Source: Acutalibacteraceae bacterium
GTDB taxonomy: Bacteria; Bacillota; Clostridia; Oscillospirales; Acutalibacteraceae
Assembly: GCA_051894195.1 (NCBI GenBank)
Contig: JBJFIB010000135.1
Coordinates: 1-42,135 of the forward strand
DNA length: 42,135 nt
Reading direction: 5' to 3'
Part shown: positions 36,441 through 42,135 of the stretch, in pieces
Layout: each line of letters starts with the position of its first letter
Position numbering within the stretch: position 1 is the stretch's first letter
Program-made: the position numbers and the translations under genes
Notes under the pieces: generated by a model
Database searches by the model: none
Told to the model about the DNA's origin: nothing
The model's input: the letters and a program-made list of their open reading frames with translations, nothing else

Positions 36441-37136
36441 ATGTTATTAAGTCTGATTTTATCGGGTAATTTTAATTTTAATACAGCAATTACCTGTATT
36501 CTGGCGTCACTTATTGTAATATTCCTTGTACTGCCGTTTCACGAATATGCACACGGCTTTGTTGCATATAAGCTCGGCGACAATACAGCAAAAAGAATGG
36601 GAAGACTCTCGCTCAATCCGCTTGAACATCTGGATTATGCGGGTGCATTACTGCTTATATTTATCGGTTTCGGCTGGGCAAAGCCTGTTCCGATTGACGA
36701 CAGAAATTTCAAAAATCCAAAAGCCGGAATGGCTATAACTGCCCTTGCCGGTCCTGTTGCTAACCTTATCGCAGCTATTGTTGCAGGTTTGATTTATAAT
36801 GCGATTATTGCTTTTGTGGGTATGATTACAATACTTACAAATCAGTTCTGGTTTTATGTGCTTATGTTCTTTCAGTATCTTATGATAATAAATATTGGTC
36901 TTGCGGTGTTTAACCTTATACCTATTCCGCCGCTTGACGGTTCAAAGATACTTATGGCTTTTCTGCCCGACAGAATTGTTGATAAGATTTATCAGTATCA
37001 GCAGTTTTTCTCAATGGGACTTTTTATACTTGTTATGATGGGCGGACTCAGCGGCGGATTTATCACATCAATTCAGAACTGGCTGTTTAACGGTATTAAC
37101 TGGCTGACTGCATTACCGTTTTCATTTATGCATTAA
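36441..37136 (+). CDS. Site-2 protease family (M50) membrane metalloprotease
   Basis: ATG 36441 lies 7 nt after GGGAGA. It has multiple TM helices, HEYAHG (HExxH) and NLIPIPPLDGSK. The ORF-track TTG at 36399 sits inside the repeat hairpin. Confidence 0.85.
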   Translation: MLLSLILSGNFNFNTAITCILASLIVIFLVLPFHEYAHGFVAYKLGDNTAKRMGRLSLNPLEHLDYAGALLLIFIGFGWAKPVPIDDRNFKNPKAGMAITALAGPVANLIAAIVAGLIYNAIIAFVGMITILTNQFWFYVLMFFQYLMIINIGLAVFNLIPIPPLDGSKILMAFLPDRIVDKIYQYQQFFSMGLFILVMMGGLSGGFITSIQNWLFNGINWLTALPFSFMH

Positions 37137-37156
37137 ACGATTGAGGAGAGTTTTCG

Positions 37157-37885
37157 TTGGACAAAATATCATATAAGCTTGATGTTTTTGAGGGTCCTCT
37201 CGACCTTTTGTTACATCTTATCGAAAAAAATAAACTTAATATATATGATATACAGATTTCCGAATTGTGTGAGCAGTATGTGGAGCATATCAGGACTATG
37301 CAGGAAGAAAACCTCGACATAGCAGGTGAATTTCTTGATATGGCATCAAGGCTTATACAGATTAAATCGGCAATGCTACTCCCGAAATACGACGAGGGAG
37401 AGGAAATGAAAAAAGAACTTACAGGACAGCTTATCGAATACCGCAAGTGCAAGCAAATGGCGAAAATTTTGTCTGAGAAAATCAGCTTTGACAGCTTTTG
37501 CCGTGAGCCTGAGAAGATTAAATGCGATATGAAATACAAGCGTAAGCACGAACCTGTTGTTCTCGTCAATGCATATATGGCGGCAGTCGGCAGAGGAAAA
37601 CAGAAAATTCCGCCGTCAGAGGACGCTTTTTCGGGAATCGTAAAAAGACGGATTGTGTCCGTAAGCTCAAAAATCATAGGCGTTATGAAAAAGCTGTGGG
37701 GCGGACGAAGTGTTCGTTATGAAAAGATTTTTGAAGACTCGGCGGACAAAAGCGAACTTGTTGCAACATTTCTTGCCGTTCTCGAACTCATCAAGGGCAA
37801 GCGTGTCCGTGCTGACGGCGAGGGCGAGGATTTAACCTTAAAAATGATTAGCGGTGGTGGAAAGCATTGGAAGAAAGAGAACTGA
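37157..37885 (+). CDS. scpA: Segregation and condensation protein A
   Basis: LDVFEGPLDLLLHLIEKNKLNIYDIQISEL is a canonical kleisin N-terminus. TTG start after GAGGAGAG. Confidence 0.93.
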   Translation: MDKISYKLDVFEGPLDLLLHLIEKNKLNIYDIQISELCEQYVEHIRTMQEENLDIAGEFLDMASRLIQIKSAMLLPKYDEGEEMKKELTGQLIEYRKCKQMAKILSEKISFDSFCREPEKIKCDMKYKRKHEPVVLVNAYMAAVGRGKQKIPPSEDAFSGIVKRRIVSVSSKIIGVMKKLWGGRSVRYEKIFEDSADKSELVATFLAVLELIKGKRVRADGEGEDLTLKMISGGGKHWKKEN

Positions 37886-38475
37886 AAAATGCGGCAGAGG
37901 CAATAATATTTGCCTGCGGAACACCCGTTGAGTCTGAAAGAATTGCACAGGCTCTCGGTATAAAAAAACAACACGCAGTTGTTATATGCGATAATCTCGT
38001 GAAAGAATATTCCGATGCAAAGCGTGGAATACGGATTGTAAAGCTGAACGAAAGCTATCAGATGTGTACGGTTGAAGCTTATGCGGAATATATCCGTGAG
38101 GTTATGGACTTACGCAGAAACACACCGCTTTCACAGGCGGCGTCTGAGGTTCTTGCGGTTATCGCATACAATCAGCCTGTGACAAAGGCGTTTATCGAAC
38201 AGGTAAGAGGCGTTGACTGTTCGGGAGTTGTTTCGAGCCTTGTTGCCCGTCAGCTTATCGAGGAAAAGGGCAGACTTGAACTTCCGGGCAGACCGCTGAT
38301 TTACGGAACAACCGAGCATTTTCTGAGATGTTTTAATATTTCTTCACTTGACGAGCTTCCGCCGCTCCCGACGGAAGAAGATGAAGAAAACAAAGACGAA
38401 AATTCTCAGGAAAATTCCGGAACTCCTGTTGAACACTCATCAGAAAACAATCAGAGCGGTGATGATGAAAAATGA
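37867..38475 (+). CDS. scpB: Segregation and condensation protein B
   Basis: AEAIIFACGTPVESERIAQAL..., SQAASEVLAVIAYNQPVTKAFIEQVRGV and GRPLIYGTT. It overlaps scpA by 19 nt. Confidence 0.93.
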   Translation: MEERELKNAAEAIIFACGTPVESERIAQALGIKKQHAVVICDNLVKEYSDAKRGIRIVKLNESYQMCTVEAYAEYIREVMDLRRNTPLSQAASEVLAVIAYNQPVTKAFIEQVRGVDCSGVVSSLVARQLIEEKGRLELPGRPLIYGTTEHFLRCFNISSLDELPPLPTEEDEENKDENSQENSGTPVEHSSENNQSGDDEK

Positions 38476-39086
38476 CGGCACTTTGGATTATTCTCGGAAT
38501 AATTGCGTTTATTTTTGTTTTGCTGATATGTCCTTTGTCGGTGTCGGTTGTTTATGACGGCGAACTCGAACTGAAAATAAGGTATCTGTTTTTGTGCTTT
38601 AAGATTTTGCCGAAAAAAGAGAAAAAGCCGAAAAAACCTAAACCGCAAAAAACTGAAAAGACAGAAGAATCAGACAACAAGCCGCAGGACAAAAATAAAA
38701 ATTCAATAAAGGATTTCGTTAAGAAAAAGGGAATAGACGGTCTTATTGAACTCCTGAAAAAATTTGTTGATATAGTTCTGAAAGCCGCAAAGACCGTTAC
38801 ATCACATCTTGTGATTTCAAAACTGGATATAAATGTTCTTGTTGTCGGTGATGATGCGGCTGACACGGCGATGAAATTCGGATATTTGTGTTCGGCGGTT
38901 TATCCGCTTGTTTCAATCGTTGAAAGCCACATAAAAAAATGTAAGCATAACGAAAATATCGTTGCAGGCTTTAACGACAGCGAAACAAAGATTTATCTTG
39001 TGTTAAAAGCAAGAATAAAACCGCTGTTTCTGGTCGGTGCGGCTTTGAGGGCATTATTCAGCGGGATTAAAGCTATTGCAAAATGA
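38472..39086 (+). CDS. Membrane protein, YtfI/DUF2953-like (tentative)
   Basis: ATGA overlap with scpB. It has an N-terminal TM helix and a Lys/Pro-rich segment, and sits immediately upstream of ytfJ as in ytfI-ytfJ pairs. Confidence 0.55.
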   Translation: MTALWIILGIIAFIFVLLICPLSVSVVYDGELELKIRYLFLCFKILPKKEKKPKKPKPQKTEKTEESDNKPQDKNKNSIKDFVKKKGIDGLIELLKKFVDIVLKAAKTVTSHLVISKLDINVLVVGDDAADTAMKFGYLCSAVYPLVSIVESHIKKCKHNENIVAGFNDSETKIYLVLKARIKPLFLVGAALRALFSGIKAIAK

Positions 39087-39130
39087 TAATAATTATATTA
39101 TAATATTTACCAATAAAGGCGGTGGAATTT

Positions 39131-39571
39131 ATGAGCGATACTCCAATAGAAGGTCTTATGGACACAACTCTTGAAAAAATTCGTCAGATGGTTGATGTCA
39201 ATACTGTTATAGGCACACCGATTACAACTCCTGACGGCACAACAATTATTCCCGTTTCAAAGGTTGTTTACGGCTTTGCGTCGGGCGGTTCGGAATTCGG
39301 CAGTAAAAAGACGGATAATAAGCCGCTTTTCGGCGGCGGTACCGGTGCAGGTGTTACGATTAACCCTATTGCTTTTATTTCAATCTGCAACGGTGATGTA
39401 AAACTGCTGAATATTGCCGACTATCAGGATTCTCAGGACAGAGCGGTAGGTATGATTCCGGAAATGTTTGATAAGATTGTCGGACTTTTCAAAAAGGATA
39501 AGTCAAAGGAACTCAGCGAACAAAAACCGGAAACAAAAAAAGAGTCAGGACTTGACGACCCGCAGATATAA
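39131..39571 (+). CDS. ytfJ: Sporulation protein YtfJ (GerW family)
   Basis: MSDTPIEGLMDTTLEKIRQMVDVNTVIGTPITTPDGTTIIPVSKVVYGFASGGSEF is a typical YtfJ N-terminus. Confidence 0.88.
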   Translation: MSDTPIEGLMDTTLEKIRQMVDVNTVIGTPITTPDGTTIIPVSKVVYGFASGGSEFGSKKTDNKPLFGGGTGAGVTINPIAFISICNGDVKLLNIADYQDSQDRAVGMIPEMFDKIVGLFKKDKSKELSEQKPETKKESGLDDPQI

Positions 39572-39582
39572 GACAATGAAAT

Positions 39583-39642
39583 AATCACCTGTCCCTTGCA
39601 TATAAATTTATATACTTTGAGCAAGGACGGGTGATTTTTTTG
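39583..39642 (+). terminator. Strong Rho-independent terminator after ytfJ
   Basis: AATCACCTGTCCCTTGC / GCAAGGACGGGTGATT form about 16 bp with one bulge and a 21-nt loop, followed by TTTTTTT. Confidence 0.85.
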
Positions 39643-40770
39643 TATTTCCGAAAAATAACGGCATTTATGCTTTCAATTTTTACGGTGTTTCTTTGTGCTT
39701 TTTCGTCTGGAAATAAGACAACCGCTGTTTCAACCTCAGCGTCAGCGGCAATACTCTATTGTGCGGACAGCGGTGAAATTCTCTACGAAAAAAATCCGCA
39801 CGAAAAACGAGCAATAGCAAGCATAACAAAAATTATGACAGCAATTATTGCACTGGAATATGCCGCAGTCAACAACAAAGAAGTGAAATTTACATCTGAA
39901 ATGTCTGCAATAGGTTCGAGTATGTATCTCAAAGAGGGAGAAATACTCACACTTACCGAGCTTACAAAGGGAATGATGATGGTGTCGGGAAATGACGCCG
40001 CAAATGCTGTTGCAATTTCGGTTGCGGGCAGTACAGAAAAATTTGCGGAACTTATGAACCAAAAGGCACAGCAAATCGGAATGAAAGACACACACTTTGT
40101 CACGCCGTCGGGACTTGACGACGAAAATCACTATTCGACGGCGTATGATATGGCACTTTTGTGTTCGTATGCGATGGATAACGAGCAGTTCAGAAATATC
40201 GTTTCTCAAAAAAGCATAAAGGTTTCATACATTTATCCCGAGAACAAAACTCAGATATGCACAAATCACAACAGACTTCTGTCAATTTATGATGACTGCG
40301 TAGGAATTAAAACAGGTTTTACCGAAAAAGCAGGTAGAACGCTGACCTCAGCCGCCGAGCGTGACGGAATAAGGCTTATTGCCGTGACACTGAATGACGG
40401 AAACGACTGGAATGACCATTCGGCATTGTATGACTACGGCTTTTCGCTTGTCGAGCGTGTTCAGCTTTCAACAAAATATAAAAGCATTGATGTTGCACTT
40501 GTCGGTGCTGAACAGAACAGCGTTACTGTTGTGCCTTATTCACAGGCAGAGGCAACCGTTATGAAAAACGATATAAGCAAAATAGAAGAAAAAATCTATC
40601 TTCCACGATTTGTTTATGCACCTGTAAAAAAGGGCAGTACAGTCGGAAAAATTGTTTATACCTTAAACGGAAAAGTGATTTCCGAAACAAAACTTATTGC
40701 ATCGTCTGATGTACAGGCACAGACAGCGGAAAAACACTGGTACGATTTTTTGAAACTAAGATTATTTTAA
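39631..40770 (+). CDS. D-alanyl-D-alanine carboxypeptidase (S11, DacB/DacF-like)
   Basis: SITK is the SxxK motif, SGND the SxN motif and KTGFT the KTG motif. There is an N-terminal signal or anchor sequence. The start is uncertain because GTG 39631 lies inside the terminator 3' arm; TTG 39640 or ATG 39667 are possible. Confidence 0.88.
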   Translation: MIFLYFRKITAFMLSIFTVFLCAFSSGNKTTAVSTSASAAILYCADSGEILYEKNPHEKRAIASITKIMTAIIALEYAAVNNKEVKFTSEMSAIGSSMYLKEGEILTLTELTKGMMMVSGNDAANAVAISVAGSTEKFAELMNQKAQQIGMKDTHFVTPSGLDDENHYSTAYDMALLCSYAMDNEQFRNIVSQKSIKVSYIYPENKTQICTNHNRLLSIYDDCVGIKTGFTEKAGRTLTSAAERDGIRLIAVTLNDGNDWNDHSALYDYGFSLVERVQLSTKYKSIDVALVGAEQNSVTVVPYSQAEATVMKNDISKIEEKIYLPRFVYAPVKKGSTVGKIVYTLNGKVISETKLIASSDVQAQTAEKHWYDFLKLRLF

Positions 40771-40790
40771 TTATGCATTATGAATTATAA
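40769..40790 (-). repeat. Degenerate, inverted TAATKCG-class heptads
   Basis: The forward strand reads TGCATTA TGAATTA directly after the dacB-like stop. There are only two decayed units. Confidence 0.35.
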
Positions 40791-40804
40791 AAGATGGTGA
40801 AGAT

Positions 40805-41605
40805 ATGGCAAATGAGGAAAAAATAAGAGTACAGAAAATTATAGCTGACGCAGGAATTGCGTCAAGAAGAAAAGCTGAGGAACTTATCACAAGAGGGGCA
40901 GTAACAGTAAACGGCAGAAAGGCAAAACTCGGCGATAAGGCTGACCCATACAAAGACCGCATTACCGTTGCAGGTCGTGAAATAAAACTCAGCAAAAACG
41001 CAAAAAAATATTATATTATGCTCCACAAGCCGAGAGGATTTATCACTACAATGAATGACGAGGGAGGCAGAAAATGCGTTGCTGAGCTTGTTGATGATGT
41101 TCCGGCAAGACTGTTCCCTGTCGGCAGACTTGACAAGGAGTCGGAGGGCTTGCTGTTTATGACAAATGACGGCGATTTTGCGAATATGATAAGTCACCCG
41201 TCAACGCATTTTGCAAAGACCTATCGTGTAACCGTAAGACCGAGAATAAGCGAAGAACAGCTTACTTCACTTACAACAGGTGTGCTGGTTGACGGGCGTA
41301 TGTCGTCGCCTGCGGCAATTCGTGTAATCAAAAATGAACAGGACAGAACAGTCCTCGAAATTATACTCGAAGAAGGTCGCAACAGACAGATAAGAAAAAT
41401 GTGCGAGGCGGTTAATCTTGAAGTTGCAAGGCTGAAAAGGGTTGCAATAGGTCCTGTGAAACTCGGAATGTTACAGCCTGGAAAATGGCGTGAGCTTACA
41501 CCCGACGAAATGCGTAAAATCTCAAATCTGCACAAAAAACTTGTCGCACAGAATCAGCACGAGCAAGAGATGAAAAAACACGACAGAAAATCCGGCAACA
41601 GATGA
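40805..41605 (+). CDS. rluB: 23S rRNA pseudouridine synthase, RluB/RsuA family
   Basis: S4 domain RVQKIIADAGIASRRKAEELI, a catalytic PVGRLDKESEGLL, RQIRKM, and a basic C-tail. Confidence 0.92.
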   Translation: MANEEKIRVQKIIADAGIASRRKAEELITRGAVTVNGRKAKLGDKADPYKDRITVAGREIKLSKNAKKYYIMLHKPRGFITTMNDEGGRKCVAELVDDVPARLFPVGRLDKESEGLLFMTNDGDFANMISHPSTHFAKTYRVTVRPRISEEQLTSLTTGVLVDGRMSSPAAIRVIKNEQDRTVLEIILEEGRNRQIRKMCEAVNLEVARLKRVAIGPVKLGMLQPGKWRELTPDEMRKISNLHKKLVAQNQHEQEMKKHDRKSGNR

Positions 41606-41612
41606 TAATTAA

Positions 41613-42135
41613 ATGAAAGTACTGATTTATACAGGATTTTTCAGGCGGCTGTTTTTGAAAAAGCGTCTGAAATCAATGAAATTTTTTTGGAAAAAAGACG
41701 AAAAACACTGGCAAAGGCATATTGACGACAGCAACAAAGACGAACTGAAAAAAGTCAGAAAATTCTGTCGCAGAAAATTTCTCAGATACGATTTTGTCGA
41801 TGACAGTATGGACAGGAGTACAAACTACCGGAATTATTTTTTCAAAATGAGAAAGGGAATTTTCGGCAGTGATATATATGTTTGTGCATACTGCGGCAAG
41901 TTTCTCACAAAAAAGCGTGTATGCGTTGACCACATCATACCTGTTTACAGGGCAAAAAATGACGATTTTTACAGAAAAGTTCTGTCGTTCCGACATATAA
42001 AAAATGTAAATGATATACGCAATCTTGCACCAAGCTGCAATAAATGCAACAGCAAAAAAAGTGCAAACTGCGGTTTTTGGGTAATTCGGGGATGCTTTGG
42101 CAGGTCGGCAGGGCGTGTTGTATTTAAGGAAATTG
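41613..42135 (+). CDS. HNH endonuclease, 3'-partial (open to the window end); absent from the ORF track
   Basis: My translation of the frame from ATG 41613 is ...IYVCAYCGKFLTKKRVCVDHIIPVYRAKND...NLAPSCNKCNSKKS.... This carries CxxC...DH..P...N...CxxCNxxK, an HNH/zinc-finger pattern. There is no stop before position 42135. Confidence 0.8.
   Translation, partial: MKVLIYTGFFRRLFLKKRLKSMKFFWKKDEKHWQRHIDDSNKDELKKVRKFCRRKFLRYDFVDDSMDRSTNYRNYFFKMRKGIFGSDIYVCAYCGKFLTKKRVCVDHIIPVYRAKNDDFYRKVLSFRHIKNVNDIRNLAPSCNKCNSKKSANCGFWVIRGCFGRSAGRVVFKEI

Noticed and set aside
41673-41996. 107-aa minus-strand ORF
   Set aside because: It is antisense to the open + frame that carries a complete HNH motif set.

Overview
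This is a chromosomal segment from a low-to-moderate-GC Firmicute of class Clostridia. The evidence is a SCIFF peptide with its radical-SAM maturase, ytfJ/ytfI-like and dacB-like sporulation genes, and Bacillus-like synteny blocks. A cohesin-like module hints at a Ruminococcus/Oscillospiraceae-type organism, but that is only a guess. Every protein-coding gene I accept lies on the + strand; the only minus-strand gene is a tRNA-Thr(CGT). About 6.4-42 kb is housekeeping: tgt-yajC, scfA-scfB, infC-rpmI-rplT, aroK, a TrmH-family methyltransferase, dprA-topA-trmFO, plsX-rnc-radical SAM-smc-ftsY, rdgB, yhbY-nadD-yqeK-rsfS-leuS, rpsU, yqeG, aroQ-peptidase-efp, an M50 protease, scpA-scpB, ytfI/ytfJ-like genes, dacB and rluB. 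The left 6.3 kb is accessory and more AT-rich. It holds a tandem array of at least 3 diverging 102-aa paralogs, a tyrosine recombinase divergent from the tRNA, a cohesin-like membrane protein, an overlapping type II restriction-modification pair, and a protein with a DSGW (Imm33/DUF2185-like) motif. Three genes are missing from the ORF track: scfA (48 aa), rpsU (58 aa) and a 3'-open HNH endonuclease at the right edge. The least explained signal is a set of short intergenic elements built from about four 7-nt repeats. There are three sequence classes (GWGTGGA/GTNAGGA, TAATKCG, TTTCMAY), found at about 11 sites in both orientations. Several abut stop codons exactly, and two are joined to a 31-nt perfectly conserved hairpin module just upstream of start sites. 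I cannot assign these to any described repeat or RNA family from memory.
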